Source: an uncultured delta proteobacterium (lineage in GTDB: Bacteria > Myxococcota > Myxococcia > Myxococcales > Myxococcaceae). Taken from it: DNA of 64,000 bases. The translations under genes and the position numbers were made by a program. Positions 32,503-42,319 of the stretch are shown here, piece by piece. The notes beneath the pieces were generated by a model. It had not been told where the DNA came from, did no database searches, and saw only the letters and a program-made list of their open reading frames with translations. Every line of letters begins with the position of its first letter. Within the stretch, counting starts at the first letter, position 1. The stretch covers positions 224,001 through 288,000 of the forward strand of contig CAWCKH010000004.1 in the NCBI GenBank assembly GCA_963796055.1, read 5' to 3'.

Positions 32503-34290
32503 TCAGTGGTGCCTACGCAGGTACCCGATGACCTCCGCCATCACCCGACAGTCGACCTCGTTGTACCGCTCGATCTCCCGCATCAGCTCCACCTGGCCCA
32601 GAGCCACCCCACCCCGCCGTGCCTCCGCCGCGGCGCTCCACGCGCCCACCATGGCCCCGAGCCCATCCGTCGGCCCGTCCGCCCAGGACGTCCCGATGAG
32701 CCCCTGCGCGTGCATCGCCTTCCCGATGGCCTTCAGCCCGAAGCCGAGCGCGCCGCGGACGACGACCGGCTCCTTCCGGACCACGAGGTTCAGGAAATCG
32801 AAGAGCCGCGGGTCCGGCCACGCCCGGTCGGGGTGCCGGGCCTTGGCCGAGTTGTACGCCGTGGCGTAGGCCGACTCCTCTGCTGGACTCCAGTGGAACA
32901 CCCGCGGCGAGCCGACGAAGCCGAGGCGTCGCTGGACCTCCTCCATGTGCCCGAGCCAGCGCTCGATGAGCTCGGCCTCGGCGGCCTCGGTCAGCGCGTC
33001 GGCGGTGAAGCACCGGAACACGAACCGGCCGTCCTCGAGGTGACCGCAGCCCACCATGAAGATGAGCGGCTGCCCGCCCCGCGCCGGGAGCTGCGAGAAG
33101 TCGTCGTCGCAGTCGTTCACCGTCTCGAAGTCGACGAAGAACTCGAGCGCCTCCGGCCGGTGCCACTGCTCCTCGGCGAGGGTGACGCGGGCCGGACGAA
33201 CGGCAGGACCGCTCGGGTCGCGGTTGACGTCCAGGAGGGCGTCGAAGCGGGGGCCGTTGACCTCGCCGCGGATGCCCGCGACCTCCGCGCAGAGGTCCGG
33301 ATGATCCCACCGGGTGATGGGCGGCTCGCGCACGAGGAGCGCATCGCGCTTCTCGGCACCCAGGAACCACAGGGAGGTCAGCTCGCGGGTCCTGCTCGCG
33401 ATCTGCTTCTTGGCGGCGTGCCAGGGCGCGTCCTGGGTGTGCTTCATGTTCGGACGGAGCTCGGGGATGTAGGGCTCCGGGTCGACCGACCAGTGTGCGC
33501 CGTCTTGCCGCACGCGACGCACCCACGAGACGGCGGCGTTCGCCGCATCGGCCAGCGGCTCCTTCCGGGTGACCGTTCCCGTCTGGAGGACCGGAGCGAG
33601 CCGCTCGAAGCAGCCCCGGCCACCGTCCTCGCCCTGCTCCCAGGAGCGACCCAGGAGGAAGGCGGCGGGCGGGATGAGGCCCTGGGCCGACCCGAGCGCA
33701 CGGTTGTACAGGAACAGCTGGGCCTTGTAGGCGAGACCCGAGCCGCCGTTCCCGAGCTCGCCGGAGGCAGCCAGGTGGAGCCCGGTGAACTTGATGTCGA
33801 CCACGCGGTAGTGGTGTCTGCCGCCCAGGCGTGGGGCCACGAGCCGCGCGGGAGCGTCCGGCGCGCAGCCCTCCTCGTCGGACTGCCGCTCGAGCTCGAG
33901 CGCATACACACCCGGGAAGAGCCGTTCGAGGACGTCTCCACGGATGAGCAGGTCGGGCATCCCGTAGGTCCGGGTGGGCTCGTCGTGAAGGACCGCGCAG
34001 TGGAGGACCTCCACCCCGGCCTTCATCGCCTCGAGGGTCTCCCGGGCCTTGTCGGGGTCGCGCGAGTCCTGCGCGCTCTCGCCGATCGGGACGATCTCGC
34101 ATCGATTCCGAAGGAGGCGGAGGACCGCGGCCTCGAACGCGCGGCCCTTCTCCATCAGGAAGCGGCAGAAGTCGGTCCGGGGGTCGTACCCAGGGAGATC
34201 GTGGTCCCGGCCGAAGCCGTGCGCCTCGCCGTAGAGCTCGAGTCCGTCGAGGACCGGGTCGCCAGGGGACCCTCGCGGGGAAGGGGACAT
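32503..34290 (-). CDS. RecB-like PD-(D/E)xK nuclease fused to RNase H-like domain (TM0106-like)
   Basis: GMPDLL...VVDIK...AQLFLY RecB/Cas4-like motifs; C-terminal FVDFET...YNEVDC DEDD-type motifs. Confidence 0.8.
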   Translation of the reverse strand: MSPSPRGSPGDPVLDGLELYGEAHGFGRDHDLPGYDPRTDFCRFLMEKGRAFEAAVLRLLRNRCEIVPIGESAQDSRDPDKARETLEAMKAGVEVLHCAVLHDEPTRTYGMPDLLIRGDVLERLFPGVYALELERQSDEEGCAPDAPARLVAPRLGGRHHYRVVDIKFTGLHLAASGELGNGGSGLAYKAQLFLYNRALGSAQGLIPPAAFLLGRSWEQGEDGGRGCFERLAPVLQTGTVTRKEPLADAANAAVSWVRRVRQDGAHWSVDPEPYIPELRPNMKHTQDAPWHAAKKQIASRTRELTSLWFLGAEKRDALLVREPPITRWDHPDLCAEVAGIRGEVNGPRFDALLDVNRDPSGPAVRPARVTLAEEQWHRPEALEFFVDFETVNDCDDDFSQLPARGGQPLIFMVGCGHLEDGRFVFRCFTADALTEAAEAELIERWLGHMEEVQRRLGFVGSPRVFHWSPAEESAYATAYNSAKARHPDRAWPDPRLFDFLNLVVRKEPVVVRGALGFGLKAIGKAMHAQGLIGTSWADGPTDGLGAMVGAWSAAAEARRGGVALGQVELMREIERYNEVDCRVMAEVIGYLRRHH

Positions 34291-34293
34291 CGG

Positions 34294-34323
34294 TTGACAG
34301 GCCGGCGTCCCGTTTCGTAGACA
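34294..34323 (+). promoter_or_regulatory. Putative sigma70 promoter of tRNA-Asn
   Basis: Perfect TTGACA at 34294, TAGACA 18 nt later, tRNA starts 11 nt after. Confidence 0.55.
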
Positions 34324-34334
34324 CGCCGCCTCAT

Positions 34335-34407
34335 TCCCCGATAGCTCAGCTGGTAGAGCGGGTGACTGTTAATCACCATGTCCGTGGTTCGAGTCCACGT
34401 CGGGGAG
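34335..34407 (+). tRNA. tRNA-Asn (GTT), CCA not encoded
   Basis: Acceptor TCCCCGA/TCGGGGA, D arm AGCTCAGCTGGTAGAGC, anticodon loop CTGTTAA, T loop GTTCGAG. Confidence 0.97.
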
Positions 34408-34674
34408 CTGAGGGGCACGGAGCCGCGGAGCCGTAAAGAGGTGGTCTTAAAGGGAAGGCCGCGATCCGTGCGGTTCCATCCGTTGCGGGCCGTCGCCGGG
34501 CGGGCCCGGGCGTTCACGTTCCGGCTACGTACGGTGGGCCTCCGCAGAGCCGGAGGACGCAGGGACACCGGGGGCCGACCTGTTCAACCATCGGGGCCGC
34601 TCAGGTTCTGTCAGCGATCAGTCGCGCCTAATCGCCGTTGGGCAACCGTCAGGGGCACCCGCTAGAGGCGTCGA

Positions 34675-35739
34675 GTGGGCGGGACGCAGTCACGTAGGCC
34701 CCCGAAGCCTCGACCCCCCGTCCCTAGGGAGCCGCTTCGGTCCGCGAGCGGCGGAGTGATCAAGGACCGCAGGCTTCTGCTTTCGACGGCGCCGACCATC
34801 CAAGGAAGTGGCGGCACACCATCGGTCGCGTGGATCAACATCAAGTCCGACATCCTGCTCGACACGTCGGTGATCGGCTGGGTGAAGGACGACGCGCCCA
34901 ATCGTCGGCGCCTAATCCGACGGGTAAACCAGCTCACTGAGGTTGCGGGCAGCTGCTGGATTGCCGTCGACACGCTGAACGAGCTGGTTCGGACGCCGCC
35001 GGATGGGAGACTCCAGGCGGTCGTGTCGGCGCTGCTGCACATCGACGCGGAGGTACGGGGGAGGCTTCGGGTGCTGGACCTTGTCACGACCGCGCACCGC
35101 CGGGAGCTTGTCGAGCGTCGTACCGGCATCGACACCTGGCCGCTCGCTAGTCTTTCTTCGGAGCTGGCGAACGTCGCGCGGACCGGAAGCCTCGACGGAG
35201 CACCGACCCTGCAAAGAGGCCTTGAGCAAACCGAGAGGTTCCTGCAACGCCACCGGGCAGCGATGAAAGAGGTATCGGACGCGTGGAAGAAGAAGCGGGC
35301 GGAGAACCCGAGCTTGGTCGAAGAGGTCCGCGTCTTGCTCGGTAGTTTCCGCGCGCCCCAGGCACTCCTAGCCCCACGAGCGTTGCTGGAGCTTGTCTGC
35401 AGGGACTACGGCTGGAAGCCAGAGCGAGTGAAGATCGAGTTGGATCGCGCGCACGAGCAGCCCGAGAAGTACTGGAGCTGCTGGACGTGGGGACTTCTAA
35501 TTTCGCTGCTCGACCTGCTGGAGACGGTTCCTGCCCGGGAGAGGATGGAACTGGATCCCCAGATTGGCGCGCTCCGGACCGACCGCAACGACTGGATGGA
35601 CGCCAACATCGTCGGAGCTGGAGCGCGCTGCGGAACCCTGATCACCGCGGACAGGGACCTGCATCTTCGGTGCGCGTTGCTCTACGACCGCGACCTGATC
35701 GGCATCTGCTCCGAGCTGTTCTCTGCGCCTGGCCGGTGA
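34675..35739 (+). CDS. Hypothetical protein with PIN-like motifs
   Basis: ILLDTSVI, LNEL, NDWMDANIV, LITADRDL; real start probably later. Confidence 0.55.
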   Translation: MGGTQSRRPPKPRPPVPREPLRSASGGVIKDRRLLLSTAPTIQGSGGTPSVAWINIKSDILLDTSVIGWVKDDAPNRRRLIRRVNQLTEVAGSCWIAVDTLNELVRTPPDGRLQAVVSALLHIDAEVRGRLRVLDLVTTAHRRELVERRTGIDTWPLASLSSELANVARTGSLDGAPTLQRGLEQTERFLQRHRAAMKEVSDAWKKKRAENPSLVEEVRVLLGSFRAPQALLAPRALLELVCRDYGWKPERVKIELDRAHEQPEKYWSCWTWGLLISLLDLLETVPARERMELDPQIGALRTDRNDWMDANIVGAGARCGTLITADRDLHLRCALLYDRDLIGICSELFSAPGR

Positions 35740-35789
35740 CAAGTGGAGGAACGATGGGCTCCTACGAAGCACTGGTTGCGCGCGTGACC

Positions 35790-36180
35790 GCCGCGGGCGT
35801 CGAGAGCCTCAACCGGGCTCGGATTTTGCGCTCCCGGGCATCCGCGACGCCCTTCGGCACCATGGGACCGAACCGGCTCACGAACGCCCCCTGCATCTGG
35901 TGGCGCTCGCGCACGCGCCCCGGGCGGTCCGGTGCGAAGTCGAGCCGGATCTCGGTCCGGTTGTGGTTGAGCTCGGGCGTCGCCACCGGGAGGCGGTCGA
36001 GTCCCGTCGTCGTCGCTGAGGCCACGAGCTCCCGGCGGCCCTGGTCTCCGGTCGGGAGCGAGCCTGCCGGATGGGTCTCGAAGGCGGTGGCGTTGAGCCA
36101 GAAGGGCTGCGCGCCGCCCACCCGGACGATGACGTGGTCGAACTGTCACAGGCCGGGCGCGGCGTCGATGTTGTCCTGGA
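35790..36180 (-). pseudogene. Downstream piece of DUF3857/transglutaminase-like gene
   Basis: Continues FDHVIVRV into GGAQPFWLNAT; 36123-36180 duplicates 38076-38133. Confidence 0.7.
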
Positions 36181-36328
36181 GCCTCCTCTCGACGCATCCC
36201 CCTCAGGCGCTGCTTCAACGCTGTCCGCGCACAAACGAGGGCGGCGTGGTGCCCCAGGGGTCGCTCGCGACCCTCAGCCAGCATCTTGAGCCAGAGATGG
36301 TCTACTGACGGTCCGGCGGAGGTGCACG

Positions 36329-37987
36329 ATGGGGTTTCGCTTTCAGCGTCGCATCACGTTGTTCCCCGGGGTCCGCCTCAACTTCTCCCGGCGGGGCATC
36401 TCCACCACCATTGGCCCCCGCGGTGCAAGCGTGAATATTGGAGCCGCCGGGGCGGCGCTCAACCTCGGCGTGCCGGGCACCGGGTTTTCGTTGCGGAAGA
36501 ACCTCACCCCATCGGCCTCGCCAAGCCCGCCACCTTCTCAGGCTCCAGTTCCCATTCCCGAGCTGCAGGCCAAGCCCATCGCGAGCGCACCCGCCGAGGA
36601 AGTCACGAGCGATGGCCTGGAGGAACTGAAGAATCTCATCCTCCGAGCCCGCACTGAGCGCGAGATGTTGCGGGCGAAGCTTCCCCGCGCACGCTCCGAG
36701 GCATCCAGTGCAGAGAAGCGAGTGCAAAACGCAAGGCACTGGCTGTGGAAGCGTTTCGTGGGAAAGCATCTCCAGGAGCGGGAGGCCGCCCTCGAAACCA
36801 AGGCAAAGGAGCTCAAGGAGCTGGAGGAGCAACTCGCGGGCGCCGTTATCGACATCGACTTCGGAATGGGCGACAGCGCGCTCAACTCGTTCGCCGCGCT
36901 CTCCATCGCGTTTGCCGAAATGGCCACCGCAGAGCGTATCTGGGATATCACGAGCGAAGCAGACGTGAATCGCCGGGTGACTCGCTCCTCAGCCAGCACA
37001 GCCGTCTCGCTGAAGCTCGTCCGCCTCGACGTTGTCGACGACGACCTTTTGCTCTCCAACACGAAGGTACTTCGATTTGGGAACGCGAACGGCGCCAATC
37101 TCCTCATCTACCCGGCATTTGTCATGGCGGTCTCACGCAACGACTTCGGTCTGATCGACCTGCGCGAGCTGACACTGGCCTTCAAGCAGGTGAGATTCGT
37201 CGAAACGGGCAAGATTCCTTCAGACGCCATTGTGGTCGATTCGACGTGGGCCAAGGTCAACAAGAACGGCACCCCGGACAAGAGATTCAAGGGTAACTAC
37301 CGAATCCCCGTTGTGGGTTACGGGGAGCTTGTGTGGAAGAGCCTGGGGGGCATCCACGAGCAGTACATGGTCTCGAGTACTCAAAAGGCGGCGCGGTTCG
37401 CCGAAGCTTTCCTTGAGTACCAGAACGAGCTACGGGCCCTCGCTGACGGAAACGCACCAAATCGGAAGCGCAGCGCACAGCCATTGCTTCCCGCTGCGGC
37501 TGTTGACGGAGCACCGCAGGGAACGGCCGGCTCCATCACAAACGACGGCAAACCGAAGACACCCGGTGCGCGACTTCTCGTTGTCGCTGCGATTCTCTTG
37601 TTCGGGGCGGTTGTGGCCATTTCGGCGACCACGACGACGGGGCCGAAGGAGGTCAGCGTGACGAACCCCGCTGCGCCCACTCCGACAATGACCGCTGCGT
37701 CCACTTCGACAGTGACCGCTCCTGAACCGATTGACGAGATGACTGTGTTCCAGAGGAACTACGGCCCGCCGGACTCGGACGAAACAAAGGCGTCCGAGCG
37801 CTACGGATACCGAGGCGCTGCCTTTCGCTACCTCGAATACAAGAAGGCGAGCGTCAAGGTCGCCTGGTACCGGGGCGCTCAGAACGCGCCTTGGAAGATA
37901 TGGCAGTTCAACCACCTGAAGACGGGTAGGAAGCTGGAGCCGGTCGAGGCGTACAAGCGATTGGAGAAACAGAATCCGCGTCGCTGA
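36329..37987 (+). CDS. DUF4236 domain protein
   Basis: MGFRFQRRITLFPGVRLNFSRRGISTTIG...GVPGTG; coiled coil; NKNGTPDKRFKGN; TM helix; GGAGG RBS. Confidence 0.85.
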   Translation: MGFRFQRRITLFPGVRLNFSRRGISTTIGPRGASVNIGAAGAALNLGVPGTGFSLRKNLTPSASPSPPPSQAPVPIPELQAKPIASAPAEEVTSDGLEELKNLILRARTEREMLRAKLPRARSEASSAEKRVQNARHWLWKRFVGKHLQEREAALETKAKELKELEEQLAGAVIDIDFGMGDSALNSFAALSIAFAEMATAERIWDITSEADVNRRVTRSSASTAVSLKLVRLDVVDDDLLLSNTKVLRFGNANGANLLIYPAFVMAVSRNDFGLIDLRELTLAFKQVRFVETGKIPSDAIVVDSTWAKVNKNGTPDKRFKGNYRIPVVGYGELVWKSLGGIHEQYMVSSTQKAARFAEAFLEYQNELRALADGNAPNRKRSAQPLLPAAAVDGAPQGTAGSITNDGKPKTPGARLLVVAAILLFGAVVAISATTTTGPKEVSVTNPAAPTPTMTAASTSTVTAPEPIDEMTVFQRNYGPPDSDETKASERYGYRGAAFRYLEYKKASVKVAWYRGAQNAPWKIWQFNHLKTGRKLEPVEAYKRLEKQNPRR

Positions 37988-38039
37988 GTGCAGCGGCACG
38001 CCCGCTGCCGCCGCGCACAGCCGGCCGCGCTTCCCTCGT

Positions 38040-39180
38040 CACGCCGAAGACGCGAAGCGCTGCGCGCTGCCGACGCGGACGATGACGTGGTCGAACTGGC
38101 TCAGGCCGGGCGCGGCGTCGATGTTGTCCTGGAACTCGGTGAGGAGCAGCGCGGTCCAGGCCTCGAAGCCCGCGGCCCGGAGGAGACCGACGACCAGTGT
38201 GGACAGGTCCTTGCAGTCGCCGAACTGGCGGCGGAGGACCTCGGCCGGGGGGCGGGGGACGACGCTGGTGTCGCCGAGGCCGACGCTCGCGTACCGGAGC
38301 GGGGCCATCCAGGTGAGGATCCGGTTTGCGGCCACCTGTGGGTCTTGTGTGTCGCCGATCACCTTGCGGGCGAGGTCGTGGAGCTCCGTGTCCTTCAGGG
38401 CCTAATCCACGATGGCCGAGTACTCGGCCGCCGCGGAGTGCCAGTCCGGCGTGGTGGAGACCCAGAGGCAGGGGATGGACGGGAAGTCCTCGGGCGAGTC
38501 GGGCTCGTCCAGCTCGAGCGCGGGTGTCGGCGGGACCTCGAGCGTGAGGACTCGGGTCCCGGCGTCCTCGCGGGTCGTGTAGGCCCACTGCGCGCCGGTC
38601 CCGGTCACGTGGAACGGGAGGTCTCGGGGGAGCTCCACGCGGACCGTGAGCTTCCGTGTGGGTTCGACGTTCTGGAGCGCGAAGCGGTGGTTGGCGCCCG
38701 AGTGGGCCCAGGGCGTGACGGTGCTCCGGGTCTCGACCTCCACCACCGCGCCCCGGGCGATGGCCGGGAGTGGGCCACGGAGGACGCGGCGATCCGAGTA
38801 CATGGCCGGGCGCTCGGTGGCGGGCGCCTCGGTGAGCAGGGACGGGTCGAACCAGTGCTCGGTCCCGTCCGGGCTCACGACCCGGGCGCGGATCTCGGGC
38901 CGGGTGCTGGTCCAGTTCCAGTCCTCGCGGACCTCCTGGAGGTGGCGGGGGAGGGAGTCGGAGTCGAGGACGCGGTAGGTGAGGACGGTGCGCCAGAGCT
39001 CGCGGCCGTCGGGGTGGATGGTGAGCTCGGTGGAGTCGAGGAGCATCTCGGCGGCGGCGGTTGGGGTCGGTGCGCCTTGGGAGGCCCAGGCGAGGAGATT
39101 CTGGGGGGACTGGTGAAGGCGGCGGCGGACGCGGTGAGGACAGCCGAGAGCGAGAGGACGCAACTTGGAAGCATGCTGTC
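38040..39180 (-). pseudogene. DUF3857/transglutaminase-like gene, frameshifted and deleted
   Basis: IRARVVSPDG, GAVVEV N-domain; FGDCKDLSTL and FDHVIV catalytic motifs in a separate frame. Confidence 0.8.
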
Positions 39181-39365
39181 CAACCTAGGGACCGCGGCGG
39201 ACAGCACAGCCGATTGAGGATCGGTCGACCGTGACACCCGGTGTTCGGGGTGTCGGTGGCTCTCGTCCAAACGGCCACGGAGGCGCTTTGCCCTTGTTGC
39301 GTTTGCGTCGTCTTGAGTTGCGTTTGAGTCGATTCGTGGCTACTCTCCCTCTGGAACCAATCCCC

Positions 39366-39866
39366 ATGAGCAGCCCAGCCACTCGGCAGTTCGAGAACCA
39401 GATTCGCCGGATGACCCCGGTCGCAGCGCCGCCTGAGCAGCAGGCGCAGGTCGCGGCCCTGTCGCGGGCCCTGGAGGGGCTCGCCCACCCTCCCAGGCGC
39501 CGCGCAGTGAAGTGCCGGCTGGTCGGGCCCGGCGGGGAGACGCTCGCGATCCCGGAGTCCGTCTTCTACGTGCTCGAGCGCGTCGTGGAGGTCATGGCTC
39601 GCGGGGACGCGATCACCGTCGTTCCGGTGGGCAAGCTCGTCACGACGCAGCAGGCCGCCAACATCCTGAACGTCTCCCGGCAGTACCTCGTTCGGCTGCT
39701 CGAGGAGGGGAAGCTCCCGTACGGGAAGACAGGCAAGCACCGGCGCCTGCGCATCGAGGACGTGCTCGCCTACAAGGAACGGCGAGACAAGGATTGCCGA
39801 GCCGGGCTTCGCGATCTGTCCCGCCTCACACAGGAGTTCGGCGGCTACGATTCCGAGCTGAAGTAG
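39366..39866 (+). CDS. Excisionase-like HTH_17 DNA-binding protein (antitoxin)
   Basis: TTQQAANILNVSRQYLVRLL, GKHRRLRIEDVLAYK; followed by PIN gene. Confidence 0.88.
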   Translation: MSSPATRQFENQIRRMTPVAAPPEQQAQVAALSRALEGLAHPPRRRAVKCRLVGPGGETLAIPESVFYVLERVVEVMARGDAITVVPVGKLVTTQQAANILNVSRQYLVRLLEEGKLPYGKTGKHRRLRIEDVLAYKERRDKDCRAGLRDLSRLTQEFGGYDSELK

Positions 39867-39881
39867 CTCGAATCGTCCCGC

Positions 39882-40397
39882 ATGGTCCCCGCGCCCTTCA
39901 TCGTCGTCCTCGACGCGAACGTTCTCTTCCCGTTCACGCTGCGGGACACCTTGCTGCGCGCCGCGGCGGCCGACATCTACCAGCTGCGGTGGTCATCGGA
40001 GATTCTGGAGGAGATGGCCGCAAACCTCGTCTCGTCATCGACGATGTCTGCGGACAAGGCGGCGCGGCTTCGAGAGACGATGGAGCGGGCGTTTCCGGAG
40101 GCCGGGGTGTCCGCCTACGAGCCCCTCGTGGCGGCGATGCGGAACGACTGAAGGACCGGCACGTCGCGGCGGTCGCGCTCAAGGCCGGCGCCCAGGTCAT
40201 CGTGACGTCCAACCTTCGTCAACCAGTTCCTGTCCAACCTCTTCGATCTCGACCCCAAGGGATTCATCGAGCTGCTTCGCGAGCAGGCAGACGACCTCCA
40301 GAATCCACCGATGACGTTCGATGAGCTGCTCGCGCGCCTCGAGCGTGTCGTTCCGGATCTGGTGACTGCCGTTCGGAGCCACGCAGCAGCAGACTGA
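39882..40397 (+). pseudogene. PIN-domain toxin, frameshifted
   Basis: VVLDANVL; stop at 40151, then KDRHVAAVALKAGAQVIVTSNL in another frame. Confidence 0.8.
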
Positions 40398-40413
40398 GCG
40401 GTTCCCGTTCTTG

Positions 40414-40512
40414 AGGTGGAGTATCTCCGCGAGATCCGCCCCGCCGTCGAGCTGCTCGCAAGCTGGCCGACTCACCCCAGGTTCGCGAACCCGAAGTTCT
40501 GGTCCGTCGCGA
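40414..40512 (+). repeat. Internal copy of gene 41405-41803
   Basis: Near-match to ~41475-41573 (EIRPAVELLASWP.HPRFANPKFWSVA). Confidence 0.88.
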
Positions 40513-40645
40513 ACAAGTCGGGGTCCAGAACCGAGGACGTGCGAGGGGCGGTTCACTCTGGTGGCCGCTGGTACGGAAGTCGCATCCGTCCTCGGTCTTG
40601 CTCGGGGCGTTGCCGCCGAGATCGCGAGGGCCGTACATTGTACGG

Positions 40646-40918
40646 ATGGCCAAGGCCGAGGAGCGCGTCGAATTGAGGGTACCCGCTGGGAGAAAGGCAA
40701 AGTGGATCCGGGCGGCGGAGCGCGCCGGTGTCTCGCTCTCGGACTGGGCCCGTCGACGTCTAGACCAGCACGCCGACGAGGAGCTGGGTGTGGAGGAGCC
40801 GCCGGCTCCCAGCAAGGAGGACATCGCGATGGCGCTCGAGACGGTCGGAGCGTTCCGCGGAACCGATCTGCGGAAGCGCGTTCGTGAGGGGAGGAAGGCA
40901 CCCTGGACCGTGGAGTGA
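40646..40918 (+). CDS. VapB-like antitoxin
   Basis: AAERAGVSLSDWAR RHH-like; GTGA coupling to PIN toxin; palindrome CCGTACA-T-TGTACGG at 40631-40645. Confidence 0.75.
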   Translation: MAKAEERVELRVPAGRKAKWIRAAERAGVSLSDWARRRLDQHADEELGVEEPPAPSKEDIAMALETVGAFRGTDLRKRVREGRKAPWTVE

Positions 40919-41289
40919 TTGTCGTCGACACCGATGCCTTCATCGACCTCCTTCGTGGCGAGGGAGCGCACCGGAAGGTGGCCACGTTGATGAGGTCTGA
41001 ACGGCTGGCGACGACCGCCATTACCGTGTTCGAGATCTGGAAGGGCCTGGAGACCGACTCCGACCGTGAGCTGGCCCGCCGCAGCTTCCGTGGCGTACGG
41101 GTCTACCCCCTGAGCGACGCCGCGGCGAGGCGCGCGGCGGAGCTGGCACGGTTCCTCCGGCAGAACCCGATCGGCGATCGAGACACGCTGATCGCCGGCG
41201 TGTGTCTCGCCATCCAGCGGCCGCTGCTCACCGCGAACCTCCGCCAGTTCCGGCGGGTGCCCGGCCTCGAGGTTCTCGCGGCGCGTTGA
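40915..41289 (+). CDS. vapC: VapC PIN-domain toxin
   Basis: VDTDAFID, TVFE, DTLIAG, LLTANLRQF. Confidence 0.9.
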   Translation: MIVVDTDAFIDLLRGEGAHRKVATLMRSERLATTAITVFEIWKGLETDSDRELARRSFRGVRVYPLSDAAARRAAELARFLRQNPIGDRDTLIAGVCLAIQRPLLTANLRQFRRVPGLEVLAAR

Positions 41290-41404
41290 GCCTTCGCTGC
41301 GGCGATGACGCGAGCACGCTGGTACGGGGCCCACTGGCCCTGCGCTTGCTCCATCCCCGATGGACTTGCCCCGGAAGGAGGGCTAATGTTATGTTAGGTT
41401 ATGT

Positions 41405-41803
41405 GTGGTAGTCGTCATCACCGAGTGGGCCTTGGACGCCTACCTCGACCTTCTCCACGCGGGCGTGTTCAGCAAGGTGGAGTATCGGCGCGAGATCCGT
41501 CCAGCCGTCGAGCTGCTCGCGAGCTGGCCGAGTCACCCGAGGTTCGCGAACCCGAAGTTCTGGTCCGTCGCGACCGACAAGCCCGGGCGAGCCATCCCGG
41601 GCGCGTGGAAGATGAACTGGCACAACCTGGGACCGGGAAAGGTGCAGCTCCGGCTGGGCGTGGTCATCGCCGGTCCGCAGGCGCTGCTCTGTCGAGCGTG
41701 GGTCAAGGGCAGCGACGCGACCGACAAGCGGGAGCTCGCCAAGCTCAAGACACACCTGAACCGGATTCACTCCGGTCAGTACGTCGTTCGGGGAACGCCA
41801 TGA
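41405..41803 (+). CDS. Hypothetical protein, putative RelE-like toxin
   Basis: VVITEWALDAYLDL start; ATGA coupling to HTH gene. Confidence 0.55.
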   Translation: MVVVITEWALDAYLDLLHAGVFSKVEYRREIRPAVELLASWPSHPRFANPKFWSVATDKPGRAIPGAWKMNWHNLGPGKVQLRLGVVIAGPQALLCRAWVKGSDATDKRELAKLKTHLNRIHSGQYVVRGTP

Positions 41804-42297
41804 GCGTCTTCGTCACCAGTCCCGAGGAGCGAATTCGGGCTGCCAAGCTCGCCGTCGCCATGGAGGCCGCGGACCTTCCCGCCAACCTGGTTGGCGAGGT
41901 GCTCCGCCTGGCTCTCGAGGACCAGGGCGTCTTCGAGCTCATGGAACTCTGGGGTGAAGCCGGCCGCTCGGCGGACCGCGAGGCAGTGGAGGCGGACCTG
42001 CAGGAAGCCATCGACGATGCGGCCGACGCTCCCCGCGGCATCGAGGAGAAGCCGCGTCTCGGGTTCGAACAGCTCCCTGCAGCCCTGACCAGCATCCGGT
42101 CTCACAAGGCGAGACTCCGTGCCCTCATCGACCAGCACGGTGGCATCTCGGCGGTTGCACGGAAGGCAGGGATCCTTCAGCCAGCTCTGAGCCGCATGCT
42201 CAGCTCAGGCTCCATGCCGCGACGGACGACGCTGTACAAACTTGCCAGGGCGATGGACGTCGATGAGTCGGCAGTGGTCGGTGAGTGGGTTCGGTAG
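41800..42297 (+). CDS. XRE-type HTH protein, putative antitoxin
   Basis: C-terminal VARKAGILQPALSRML...TTLYKLARAM. Confidence 0.7.
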   Translation: MSVFVTSPEERIRAAKLAVAMEAADLPANLVGEVLRLALEDQGVFELMELWGEAGRSADREAVEADLQEAIDDAADAPRGIEEKPRLGFEQLPAALTSIRSHKARLRALIDQHGGISAVARKAGILQPALSRMLSSGSMPRRTTLYKLARAMDVDESAVVGEWVR

Positions 42298-42319
42298 ATT
42301 GCGAGCCGACGAGTTGAAG

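Noticed and set aside
32506..34324. Two further ~600-aa ORFs overlapping the nuclease gene
   Set aside because: Alternate-frame and antisense artefacts of high GC; no motifs
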